The notes beneath the pieces are model-generated. The model did no database searches and had not been told where the DNA came from. It was given only the letters and a program-made list of their open reading frames with translations. A stretch of DNA of 64,000 nt from Candidatus Sungiibacteriota bacterium (GTDB taxonomy: Bacteria > Patescibacteriota > Minisyncoccia > Sungbacterales > HO2-52-23): NCBI GenBank assembly GCA_016180435.1, contig JACPBG010000002.1, positions 144,682 to 208,681 on the forward strand, given 5' to 3'. Within the stretch, counting starts at the first letter, position 1; the number at the start of each line of letters is the position of its first letter. Made by a program: the position numbers and the translations under genes. Positions 26,872 through 35,812 of this stretch are shown piece after piece.

Positions 26872-27010
26872 GGTTTATTCGCGGGTGGTGGGATATTACC
26901 GGCCGGTGGAACAGTGGAACGAGGGCAAGCAGGCGGAATTTGTGGAGCGCAAGGAATATGATGTTCGGTGTGCTGCCGAAAAAAATGAGGTAGGCGCCCA
27001 AACCGTATGA
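26843..27010 (+). CDS. Stand-alone NrdD glycyl-radical domain mini-ORF (55 aa), created by the insertion and translationally coupled to nrdG
   Basis: MKNKTRQ (element-derived) followed by RCEVYSRVVGYYRPVEQWNEGKQAEFVERKEYDVRC, with the glycyl-radical motif RVVGY. Stop TGA overlaps the nrdG ATG (ATGA). Below the ORF-track size cut-off. Confidence 0.7.
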   Translation: MKNKTRQRCEVYSRVVGYYRPVEQWNEGKQAEFVERKEYDVRCAAEKNEVGAQTV

Positions 27011-27699
27011 CATTCGGCGGTTGGCAGAAAATAAGCTTGCTTGATTTCCCCGGCAAGATTTCATCCATTCTTTTTACCAACGGATGCGTGTTCCGTTGCA
27101 GTTTTTGTTACAACCCGGGATTGGTGGAGCCGCCATTTAAAACAGTGATAAGTGAGGAAACCGTCCTTAAGTATTTGGCGGAGCGCGCCAATGTCTTGGA
27201 AGGAGTGGTCATAACCGGCGGCGAGCCGACTATTCACGCTGACCTCCCGGAATTTTTGAAAAAAATTAAATTACTTGGATATCCGGTAAAACTTGATACC
27301 TGCGGTTACTTGCCGCATGTTTTGGAGCGTCTGATCGGAGAAAAATTGATTGACTATGTTGCTATGGATATTAAGGCGCCTTTGGCAAAATATGCGGCTA
27401 TAACCCGGGTTCCGGTTAACCCGGATTTTATCTCAAAAAGTATCAATATCATTATGTCCTCCGGGATTCCGTATGAATTTAGGTCAACTTTAGTGGAGGG
27501 TGTTCATAACGCCGAAGATATAGTTCGGATGGCGCAAATGATTTTAGGGGCGGATATGTATTATCTCCAGTTGTTTCGGACGTCCCCAGTTCTGCTAAAT
27601 CCGGATTTTTTATCCAAACGAGCTCCATTGCGCAGTCAGTTGGAAGTTGCGGCTGATCGATGCCGGCTGTATGTCAAGCGCTGCGAAATCCGCGGATAA
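27007..27699 (+). CDS. nrdG: Anaerobic ribonucleotide reductase activating enzyme (radical SAM)
   Basis: CVFRCSFCYNP (CxxxCxxC radical-SAM cluster) near the N-terminus; GGEPT SAM-binding motif; adjacent to nrdD. Confidence 0.85.
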   Translation: MTFGGWQKISLLDFPGKISSILFTNGCVFRCSFCYNPGLVEPPFKTVISEETVLKYLAERANVLEGVVITGGEPTIHADLPEFLKKIKLLGYPVKLDTCGYLPHVLERLIGEKLIDYVAMDIKAPLAKYAAITRVPVNPDFISKSINIIMSSGIPYEFRSTLVEGVHNAEDIVRMAQMILGADMYYLQLFRTSPVLLNPDFLSKRAPLRSQLEVAADRCRLYVKRCEIRG

Positions 27700-27849
27700 C
27701 TTTGACAGGAATTGATGGCGTTCTAACGGGGTTAAGAGTGCATAACTTAATTTGATTCGTCTTTTTGGGGATAGTATGCTAAAAACAGATTATATAATTA
27801 AGTCCGAACCGTCCCTTTTTCAAAGGGGCGTGGGGATTTTTTACTAACT

Positions 27850-30800
27850 ATGAAAAGAACAACATTTTTAATATGCATCGCCCTTGGTGCGGCGGCGTTT
27901 TTATTTATTTCTAATTCTGCCATGGCTGTCGGGGATAGCGGGGAAGCGGCTGATACGGCTTTGCAGGGCATACGGGAGCAGTTTGCGCAACTTCAGCAAG
28001 AATTCGGGATTTTGCGCTCAACCTCTCTTTTGGATGCGGCGGCATTTCAGCGGTTTCTTAATAAGTTAAACGCCATAAAGAATACTCTCTCTGATTTAAA
28101 GAAAAGCGTTAAAGATAAAGAGCCGGCGGCAATTGCCGGTTATGCTAAGAAATCTACGGATGTTGTAAAAGAAATCAAAAATGAGGTTTCGCGGGGTGTT
28201 TCCGGCGCGGATGTTAAAGAACTTCAGGAAACCCTAAAGAATTTTCCGGAGGTATATCCCGAGGGTCTTGCCACCGGATTTTTCGGTCCGGCCACCGAGA
28301 GTGCGGTTAAAAAACTTCAGAAAAAACTTGGTCTTGAAGAAAGCGGTAAGTTTGATAAAAAAACTAAAGAGAATTTAAATTCCATTCTGCATGCGGTTGA
28401 TAAGAAAAAGCCGCCCAAAATTTCTGAAGTTACGCCGGACTCGGGACAAGCCGGAATTACCATGGCCATCACCGGCAAAGGATTTACCGAAGAGGATAAT
28501 GCCATTTTTGTCCGCGGGAAAACAGTTCTCAAGGGTCTTTCCTCCAAGGAAGGAGGAACCAGTATTTCTTTCGTTATGCCTTCAGATATGTATGTTGTAT
28601 GTCCGGTTGGTCCGGACTCTAAAAAAGCATGCCCAATTAAAGTGGTTAATTCCAACGGAATTTCAAACGCCCGCCCTTTTAAATTAACCGGTATCCAGTT
28701 GCCGGCTCCGATTGATCCGTCCCTGCCGCCTGCTCCGGAACCCGCGCCCGCACCCGCACCGACTCCGGCTCCAACGCCCATACCAACGCCAACACCTGCT
28801 CCGACGCCCGAAGCAACTCCAATACCCACACCAACTCCGCCCCCCACTCCGGTAATTTTAAATCTCGATCCGCCCAAAGGCATTGTGGGCAGCGGAGTTA
28901 AAGTAATCGGCAGCGGATTTACAGCTAACAATAACACTCTTAATTTTGCCGGAACGGAAATTACCGGTCTGTCATCTTCTGACGGCACGACTCTTAATTT
29001 TACCGTTCCATCAAGCTCGCTCTGCAGTATAGGAAAAACCTGTCCGGTGCATGTTAAAAATGTAAACGGAACCTCAAATCCATCCTCTTTTCTTCTGGTT
29101 CAGGCCATAACGCCGGTAAATGTCGGCGCTCCCAACGGCGGCGAGACATATGTCCAGGGATTAAAATACACTTTGCGCTGGTCCGGAGGAACTGACCGGG
29201 TACAAATTATTCTGGTTAGCGAAAATGCGGCTAGCGGTTCTGATCCGTCAGAATTTATTGTCGGTTGGATCGCAACTTCAACTGTTCCATCCGGATCAAT
29301 AGTGTGGGATGCGCGCTCGGTTTGCACTTTGGACGGCATTTGTATCAAAGTTGAACCGGGGAAATATAAAATTCTTGCGCTTTCTGAAGATGAACTTGGT
29401 TTCTTAACAATCTGGGATGATATTGCTGATCAGGCCGGGAATTGGGATGTGAGCGACGGGGCATTTACGATTCATCCCGAAGCATCCATAACTCTTTATA
29501 TTCCGAACGGAGGCGAATCCTACACCGTGGGGTATCAGATGATCTTCTGTTTTGATACATATAATATATTGAGTAAAAAAGTTACGATTGAACTTTGGAA
29601 GGGCGGAAAGTTTTATCGGACCATATTTCAGGAATATAACCTTGCGACCGAAATCGGTTCTTATGCCAATCGCTGGATAATTCCTACGGATGTTGAACCC
29701 GGATACGACTATCAAGTAAAAATTTATGATCCCGATCTCCCTCAAGTTTATGACATGAGCGACAGATTCTTTTATATTCGCAGCGTTCCTTCTTACATTC
29801 GCCTCTATTCTCCGAATGGTGGAGAAAAATGGGTGCAAGAATTCAAGGGGCAGGTTTATTGGTACGGATCTAATCTTCCGAGCCAGGCAGTTACCGTAAA
29901 TCTTTTGAAAGGGGGGGCATTTTTCAAGAATATTGCCACCAATCTTCCTCAAAAGTATTCCTGGTCCGATCAAATTTATTCTTCCGGGAGTTTTTCGTAC
30001 GACACCGCGGTAACGGCTGATCTTCCGGTGGGCAGCGATTATCAGATTGAAATTTTGGATTCGGCAAGTTCCACCATCCGGGATGTGAGCGATGCCGTGT
30101 TCAGCGTGGTTGCACTGCCGGATAAAATTACGACTACCGTGAGAGTTTTGGATTATCACACTAAAACCCCTTTTATCAATCAGAGTTCTTGGGTGTATGA
30201 CTCCGGAAGAAGCAAGCTGATTACTACCGATCAGAACGGCGAACTATCGGTTACGGCCACGACATCGGATATAATAAAGGGCTATTACAGCGGATTTTTT
30301 CTGCAGCCGACCTGTTTCGAATATAAATCTATCAATGTTTATCGTGATACCTACGGTCTCTATACTTACGTCAATATTTTCCCATTCATAGGGCCTTCAA
30401 GATCATACCGCGTGTATTCCGGCGATAATAACGTTGGAGATACGCCCTTTTGGCAGATGACCAATCTTAGATTAAGTTCGGATATTCCGGCACGCAGCAG
30501 TTTGTATTATAGGGATACCGCAACCGGCAAGGCCGTTAATTGGTATGGCACCGGTTCGAGCTTTACCGCAGGAGCTAATTATGGGAATGCCCTTCCTTCG
30601 GCTCTGGATGTTTGGGCGCGTATTGAGGATTTAGCCGGAAACCTTATGTACTCGCCTTACAAACATATTCTTGCCGGGACATGCCCCGGGCCGCAGGTTT
30701 TGTCTGTGACCGATGCCACGCCTCGTTGGGAGCCATATCCGGTTAATGTTTCGATGCCGTATATTTATCCGCTTGTCGGGCGGAGTGTGAAAGCAGATGT

Positions 30801-33096
30801 TACAGCCAGCGGGGGAGCGGCTCCATATGAGTGGAATGTGCCGTTCGGTTCTCTTCCTCCGGATCTTATCTTAAGCCCCAGCGGTACGTTTTCTGGAACT
30901 ACAACCGAAGCCGGATTTTTTAACTCTATAGTCAAGGTTAAGGATTCGAAGGGCGTTAGCAATGTGATTGATTTTTCTCCGTTAATCTACAATAAGGATT
31001 GGACCATTCCGCCAACGATTAGAATTAACTCTCCGAATCCGCGTCTGCAAATATATCAAGGCGGGGGAATGGGGATCGGTTGGTATACCTATAGCATCCC
31101 CGCTAAAAAGGTGGCGATCGATCTTCTAAAAGGCGGAACACTGTATCGCAATATTAATCCCGGATTTACTATGAATGCCACCTCATCATATGGATATTAT
31201 TACTGGAAGATGCCGATTGACATTCCCGAAGGGCTTGATTATGCGATTAGAGTTTCAGATGCGTCAAACCCGGCGGTTTTTGGCCAGGTCGGCCAAATGC
31301 AGATTGTGAGCAGTATCGGAACTTCTTGGTACCAGAGTTCTATCTGGACTTGGAATGGATTAAGCTATACCATAACTCCCGCTTATAGCCAGTACCTTTC
31401 TTTCCGATTCGCTACTTCAAGTTTGCCCGATATTGAAGGATTCCGGCTCTATGAAAAGCGTCCCGGAGATACAAATTTTAATCTTGCCGCAAGCTTTATT
31501 GATCCTTCGCTTTGCCTGGCGTTTAAAGGCGGGTTGAAATCCGGGGTCTGGACCTTGAGTTTTTATTGTACCGGCGCCAATGATGTCTGGACCATCCGGC
31601 GGGACTACGCGCCCCTTTCTTCATATCCGGTTGGAGCGTATGAATATTATGTTGCCAGCGTGGATCATTACGGTGTTGAATCGGAGCCGATTGCGCGACT
31701 GCGTCAATATGCGCTTGAGAGGGTGACGGTTCTTTCGCCGACATCAGCCGACTCGCCACTCGCAACATCAGAGCCCATGATTCGCTGGACCGTTCCCAAA
31801 GATTGGCCCGGCACTATGGATAAGTATTTCACGGTTTATGTCAGGGATGCGATAACTAACGCTCAGGTAAGTTATGCCGGGACTCTAGTGGGTCCATGGG
31901 ATGAAGTAGGATACAGAAAGTACGAATCGGCGTGTGGAACAGTTTCCTGTTGGTATCCTTCCAAGGAACTTGACCTTACTAAAAAATATACGGTTGAAGT
32001 CGGGGGGTCTACCGGCATCTTTGACCAGAATTTGCTTTCGCGCGTAAGCTACATAGCCATGAGCGCGGGAACCAGCACTTTCTGGTTTGAACAATATATG
32101 CCTCCGCCTCCGGTTAGTATCACAACCGAAAGTCTGCCGACATCCATGATATCTACTTCGTATAACGCCGCGCTGGCCGCAACCGGCGGCGTAGCTCCTT
32201 ATAGATGGAGCTTGGTTTCCGGAGCGCTTCCGGCCGGATTCACGCTCTATGCCGATGGAAGAATATACGGCTGGTCCAGCCAGCAGGGTATTTTCAAATT
32301 CACGGCGCAAGTTACTGACTCACTCGGCGGAACAGCCATCAAAGATTTGTGGATTGAAATAAAGCCGGAAATCGGAGCGTATTGGAGCGGAGGATACGGG
32401 ATAAACCCTCTATATACGCAATACATGAGATTTGGATATACGAAGCCGGCAGATGTGACTGCGTTCAAGCTGTATCAAAAAATTCCGGGTGAAACTTCTT
32501 TTAAAGCCGTTGGAACATTTTCCGGAATTTCCGAAACTTGCGGCGCTAATTTCAGCCCCACCGATTCATTATGGCGCCTATATTTTGCCTGCGGCACCTC
32601 CTATCGTTACTGGCAAGCAAGCTTAAAAAACAGTTATGCGGCTTCATACTTTCCGGTCGGTGAATATGATTATTATCTGACAGCCCTTGGCAGTGGCGGG
32701 GCGGAGGTAAATATTACTCCGGTCATAAAACTCTTCGCGCTTGATCGAACAATGATTATGAGTCCGACTGAAGCACAGTCACCGACTGTTGCCGCGCCGA
32801 AGTTTGAATGGACTGTTGCCCAAACCGGATGGCCATCCGGGGTAACTCCGGCGTATTATACCATGATATTCCCGGAAGGATCCTCTAGCTATGTCTATTA
32901 TAAATGGACATACGGCAAGGTTGGCGTACCAACTGCATCTTATGTCTATGACGGTACTACTCCGTTTGATCCGGCCAAAAAATATATAGTGAATATCCAA
33001 AATTACAGTCAAACAGTTCTTGATCCCGCGTCATTTACCAAGATTTCCTATATCTCAATGCTTGATGCGGTGTCACGTTTCTGGATCAGCCCTTAA
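27850..33096 (+). CDS. Giant secreted cell-surface protein (1748 aa): signal peptide, PG-binding-like domain, IPT/Ig-like domains, PT-rich linker, Kre9/KNH-like PNGGE domains, putative Ig domains
   Basis: Signal peptide MKRTTFLICIALGAAAFLFISNSAMA. VSGADVKELQETLKNFPEVYPEGLATGFFGPATESAVKKLQKKLGL resembles PG_binding_1. PAPEPAPAPAPTPAPTPIPTPTPAPTP linker. Repeated PNGGE(S/T)Y..G modules. APYEWNVPFGSLPPDLILSPSGTFSGT is cadherin/dystroglycan-like. Confidence 0.75.
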   Translation: MKRTTFLICIALGAAAFLFISNSAMAVGDSGEAADTALQGIREQFAQLQQEFGILRSTSLLDAAAFQRFLNKLNAIKNTLSDLKKSVKDKEPAAIAGYAKKSTDVVKEIKNEVSRGVSGADVKELQETLKNFPEVYPEGLATGFFGPATESAVKKLQKKLGLEESGKFDKKTKENLNSILHAVDKKKPPKISEVTPDSGQAGITMAITGKGFTEEDNAIFVRGKTVLKGLSSKEGGTSISFVMPSDMYVVCPVGPDSKKACPIKVVNSNGISNARPFKLTGIQLPAPIDPSLPPAPEPAPAPAPTPAPTPIPTPTPAPTPEATPIPTPTPPPTPVILNLDPPKGIVGSGVKVIGSGFTANNNTLNFAGTEITGLSSSDGTTLNFTVPSSSLCSIGKTCPVHVKNVNGTSNPSSFLLVQAITPVNVGAPNGGETYVQGLKYTLRWSGGTDRVQIILVSENAASGSDPSEFIVGWIATSTVPSGSIVWDARSVCTLDGICIKVEPGKYKILALSEDELGFLTIWDDIADQAGNWDVSDGAFTIHPEASITLYIPNGGESYTVGYQMIFCFDTYNILSKKVTIELWKGGKFYRTIFQEYNLATEIGSYANRWIIPTDVEPGYDYQVKIYDPDLPQVYDMSDRFFYIRSVPSYIRLYSPNGGEKWVQEFKGQVYWYGSNLPSQAVTVNLLKGGAFFKNIATNLPQKYSWSDQIYSSGSFSYDTAVTADLPVGSDYQIEILDSASSTIRDVSDAVFSVVALPDKITTTVRVLDYHTKTPFINQSSWVYDSGRSKLITTDQNGELSVTATTSDIIKGYYSGFFLQPTCFEYKSINVYRDTYGLYTYVNIFPFIGPSRSYRVYSGDNNVGDTPFWQMTNLRLSSDIPARSSLYYRDTATGKAVNWYGTGSSFTAGANYGNALPSALDVWARIEDLAGNLMYSPYKHILAGTCPGPQVLSVTDATPRWEPYPVNVSMPYIYPLVGRSVKADVTASGGAAPYEWNVPFGSLPPDLILSPSGTFSGTTTEAGFFNSIVKVKDSKGVSNVIDFSPLIYNKDWTIPPTIRINSPNPRLQIYQGGGMGIGWYTYSIPAKKVAIDLLKGGTLYRNINPGFTMNATSSYGYYYWKMPIDIPEGLDYAIRVSDASNPAVFGQVGQMQIVSSIGTSWYQSSIWTWNGLSYTITPAYSQYLSFRFATSSLPDIEGFRLYEKRPGDTNFNLAASFIDPSLCLAFKGGLKSGVWTLSFYCTGANDVWTIRRDYAPLSSYPVGAYEYYVASVDHYGVESEPIARLRQYALERVTVLSPTSADSPLATSEPMIRWTVPKDWPGTMDKYFTVYVRDAITNAQVSYAGTLVGPWDEVGYRKYESACGTVSCWYPSKELDLTKKYTVEVGGSTGIFDQNLLSRVSYIAMSAGTSTFWFEQYMPPPPVSITTESLPTSMISTSYNAALAATGGVAPYRWSLVSGALPAGFTLYADGRIYGWSSQQGIFKFTAQVTDSLGGTAIKDLWIEIKPEIGAYWSGGYGINPLYTQYMRFGYTKPADVTAFKLYQKIPGETSFKAVGTFSGISETCGANFSPTDSLWRLYFACGTSYRYWQASLKNSYAASYFPVGEYDYYLTALGSGGAEVNITPVIKLFALDRTMIMSPTEAQSPTVAAPKFEWTVAQTGWPSGVTPAYYTMIFPEGSSSYVYYKWTYGKVGVPTASYVYDGTTPFDPAKKYIVNIQNYSQTVLDPASFTKISYISMLDAVSRFWISP

Positions 33097-33118
33097 AGAA
33101 TTTAAGTGAGGCTAAACC

Positions 33119-33739
33119 TTGATAGTAAACTATCGAGGTTTAGCCTCTATAAGTAAGCATATGGCATTTCCTCTTAATTTTTCTTATTCACCCCCATCTA
33201 GTGTTCGCCAGTTATCGCCCGGCAAAGCCGCACTTGTTTTGTTAGGAATAGGCATTCTGGGCGCAGGGCTTACAACTTTTTTGGGTATTCCTATGCTGAT
33301 GAATGCTACGGCAAGTCAAAGTTGGCCAGCGGTTGAAGGCGTGATCAAGATATCGGAATTTACCACTAACCGGGATCGTGATGACGGAGGTGTAACTTAT
33401 GGGGCGAGCATTGTTTATGACTACACGGTTAAGGGCACGGTTTATAGCGGATCTAATGTTCACTTCGGCCAATATAGCACGAGCGACCCCAGTTACGGCC
33501 GCGGCCTGGTGAATCGTTATCCGGTGGGGGAGCAGATAAATGTTTATTATGATCCGAATGATCCCTCGATTTCAGTATTGGAACCCGGCGCCGGGTGGAG
33601 CAGTTTTATGGTAGTGGGTATAGGGGCGCTTTTTACTCTTTTAGGATTTATTGGCGGTTTTTTCCAGTTTAAAAAATATAAGCGGGGAGAACCATTCGCC
33701 TCACAACCTGCTTCTGTCTCGCCCACAATTAGTAATTAA
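33119..33739 (+). CDS. DUF3592-family membrane protein
   Basis: N-terminal TM (ALVLLGIGILGAGLTTFLGIPML); central W..VEG.I...........YG.SIVYDYTVKGTVYSG....YPVGEQINVYYDPNDPSISVL pattern; C-terminal TM. Confidence 0.5.
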   Translation: MIVNYRGLASISKHMAFPLNFSYSPPSSVRQLSPGKAALVLLGIGILGAGLTTFLGIPMLMNATASQSWPAVEGVIKISEFTTNRDRDDGGVTYGASIVYDYTVKGTVYSGSNVHFGQYSTSDPSYGRGLVNRYPVGEQINVYYDPNDPSISVLEPGAGWSSFMVVGIGALFTLLGFIGGFFQFKKYKRGEPFASQPASVSPTISN

Positions 33740-33774
33740 ATTGTGCCGATCTAACGGGGTGGATAACTTTATGG

Positions 33775-34416
33775 GTGTTTTCGGGCGAGAATTGGTACCA
33801 TGAAGAAATGGAAAACAAAAATAACATTATTATAATTTTGGTCATATTGTTGCTTGCGGCAGCGGGGGCGGCGGTTTATTTTGCCCAAAAAGGCCCGGTT
33901 ATCATAGGCGGTCAGGCCGGGGTGGAGGTTTGCGGAATTTTGCCGGTATTTACGGGCCAGCTTGACTCCGGTTCCGGCAGTTCGCCGCCATCCTTCATCG
34001 CTCAGGACATCTGCCATATGGTTTTTGCCAATGAGAAGAGCGATGTCGCGATTTGCGGGAAAGTTAAAACTCCGGAATTAAAAGGCCAGTGCTATTCCAT
34101 GCTTGCGATCAAAAGCGGGGGAACGGAGGCCTGCGAGAATGCTCCGGCAGATGCCCGCGACCGGTGCTATTCGCAAGTTGCCGAAAGAATGGGCGATCCT
34201 AAAGCGTGTGAGCAGATTAAACTTGCCAATGAACGCGATAATTGTCTTTCAAATTATGCTTCACGAATAGGAGATGGAGCGCTTTGTAAAAAAATAACGA
34301 ACATTAACCAGCGCGATAATTGTTATATGAATACTGCGCGCAATGATTCTTCCCTATGCAATAGCGTTTCCAATATAAATATGCGTCAGGATTGCTTGAG
34401 GAATATCGGGCGTTAA
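33775..34416 (+). CDS. Membrane-anchored secreted Cys-rich repeat protein
   Basis: TM/signal NIIIILVILLLAAAGAAVYFA, then at least six repeats of C-x9-12-(R/N)D-x-C spacing (CENAPADARDRCY, CEQIKLANERDNCL, CKKITNINQRDNCY, CNSVSNINMRQDCL). Confidence 0.5.
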   Translation: MFSGENWYHEEMENKNNIIIILVILLLAAAGAAVYFAQKGPVIIGGQAGVEVCGILPVFTGQLDSGSGSSPPSFIAQDICHMVFANEKSDVAICGKVKTPELKGQCYSMLAIKSGGTEACENAPADARDRCYSQVAERMGDPKACEQIKLANERDNCLSNYASRIGDGALCKKITNINQRDNCYMNTARNDSSLCNSVSNINMRQDCLRNIGR

Positions 34417-34622
34417 AGCAGTTCTTTGAACTCCGCGTCGGTTAATCCCGCATCTTTTATGATGCTTTTAAGAGTGTATGGATTTAAGCGGTTATGGTGA
34501 GGAATGGTAATTTTTCTGGTGCCGTTGGTCATGCCGATATGTTTACTATTTTTAGAAATCCCAAAATTAGCTTTTTCAAAAGCTTTTACCGCGTGATCCG
34601 AAGAGATATCCGTAAAAAGCAT
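34413..34622 (-). CDS. hicA: HicA mRNA-interferase toxin
   Basis: KAFEKANFGISKNSKHIGMTNGTRKITIPHHNRLNPYTLKSIIKDAGL matches the HicA/YcfA pattern (k.lek.GF......sHH.....g...tiP.H...l..gtlksIlkqaGl). Confidence 0.7.
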   Translation of the reverse strand: MLFTDISSDHAVKAFEKANFGISKNSKHIGMTNGTRKITIPHHNRLNPYTLKSIIKDAGLTDAEFKELL

Positions 34623-34625
34623 GAA

Positions 34626-34826
34626 TTACGCAAACGCTACCTCAACTTCTTTTACCGCTGCCCCATTGAGCTCTTCTTTCTCCATTTCTAAATATGTTAA
34701 AATGGCATCTTTGATATTTTCTAAAGCTTCTTGTTCGGTATCTCCTTGGCTATGGCAACCCGGGAGCGCTGGCACATGTACATCGTACCCATAGTCGCTT
34801 TTTCTTAAAATTACAGAGTATTTCAT
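34626..34826 (-). CDS. hicB: HicB antitoxin
   Basis: MKYSVILRKSDYGYDVHVPALPGCHSQGDTEQEALENIKDAILTYLE is a HicB/UPF0150 fold signature. Internal ATG of track ORF 34626..34895; 3 nt upstream of hicA. Confidence 0.7.
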   Translation of the reverse strand: MKYSVILRKSDYGYDVHVPALPGCHSQGDTEQEALENIKDAILTYLEMEKEELNGAAVKEVEVAFA

Positions 34827-34931
34827 TGGTTTGATCTTAGCATACTCAATTGTAGAAATCAATAAGCGTACACTTAATTGCAGCGTTGCGCGCACACATA
34901 GCGCAAAAGCAGAGTTTGCAATAATTATTAG

Positions 34932-35795
34932 ATGTTTAAGACTATTTTAATCATCTTTTTGGTTCTTGCGGCAGTCGGCGTCGCGGGCGGCAGTTATTAT
35001 TATTTTGAGGTTTATTCGCCGGAGAAATATGCCGGTGCAGTTTTATCGCTTTATCAAAAGCTGGAAAGCGCTGGCTTGGAGCCCGACGCTTCATCTTTGA
35101 AAAATGCATCCGACTACGAAAACGCCCTTAGAGTTTTAAATGAAAAAATTTCGCTCCTAAATTCCATCAAAAGTGATCTGGCTGCGGTAGAGGTTCCGAA
35201 GCGCATGGAAAATTTTCAGAATGAGTTTATGAATTATATCGATTTTTTGCTCCCACGGCATGAACATGCCAAAGATCTTGCCGAATTTTTAAGCAGCGCC
35301 AATGTATTGCATGAAGCATTTGAGGCGTTGGATGAGCAGCGAGCGCCGTCATCACCCACGCAGCCGGCTGCTGATTTTCAAGAATTGTTTGCCAAACGTT
35401 TTTCCAAAATACAATCTGCCGGGCGCGAATTTGCCCGCAAAGAGGTTGAAGTCGTTACCGATCCATCCTTTTCCGAGCTGAAAACACTATGGGAGGGAGC
35501 CAGTCCCGGTTTTGATTTGGTGCTTAAAAAAATATCGCAATTAAATCCGAAATTGCCGGCGAGCCAAATGATGAATAATTTATTCACTCCTTCCGAGCAA
35601 AAACAACTTGATTCCTATACCCCCAAAGTAGAGGGACTTTCAAAAAAGCTTGACGATTTGGTTAAAAAATACCAGGCTTATGATATCTTGGCATTCAAGT
35701 ACTTTCCTGATTCAACTTCGGCCGAGGCCAGCGAACGCTCGCTTAAATTTTATAACACCCTGCAAGAGCTTAAAGCAAAATACGGAACAAGATAA
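34932..35795 (+). CDS. Hypothetical N-terminally anchored protein
   Basis: Single N-terminal TM (ILIIFLVLAAVGVAGGSYYYF), then a hydrophilic helical body. No motifs recognised. Confidence 0.5.
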   Translation: MFKTILIIFLVLAAVGVAGGSYYYFEVYSPEKYAGAVLSLYQKLESAGLEPDASSLKNASDYENALRVLNEKISLLNSIKSDLAAVEVPKRMENFQNEFMNYIDFLLPRHEHAKDLAEFLSSANVLHEAFEALDEQRAPSSPTQPAADFQELFAKRFSKIQSAGREFARKEVEVVTDPSFSELKTLWEGASPGFDLVLKKISQLNPKLPASQMMNNLFTPSEQKQLDSYTPKVEGLSKKLDDLVKKYQAYDILAFKYFPDSTSAEASERSLKFYNTLQELKAKYGTR

Positions 35796-35812
35796 AAGTT
35801 TAAGATAAAATT

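Noticed and set aside
28317-30159. Long antisense ORFs inside the giant surface-protein genes (e.g. 28317..28988 -, 29404..30159 -, 40582..41109 -, 45043..45585 -)
   Set aside because: They mirror low-complexity sense sequence (a GVG/GAG run opposite the PT-rich linker) and lack start context or motifs. Classic shadow ORFs inside long, real plus-strand genes.
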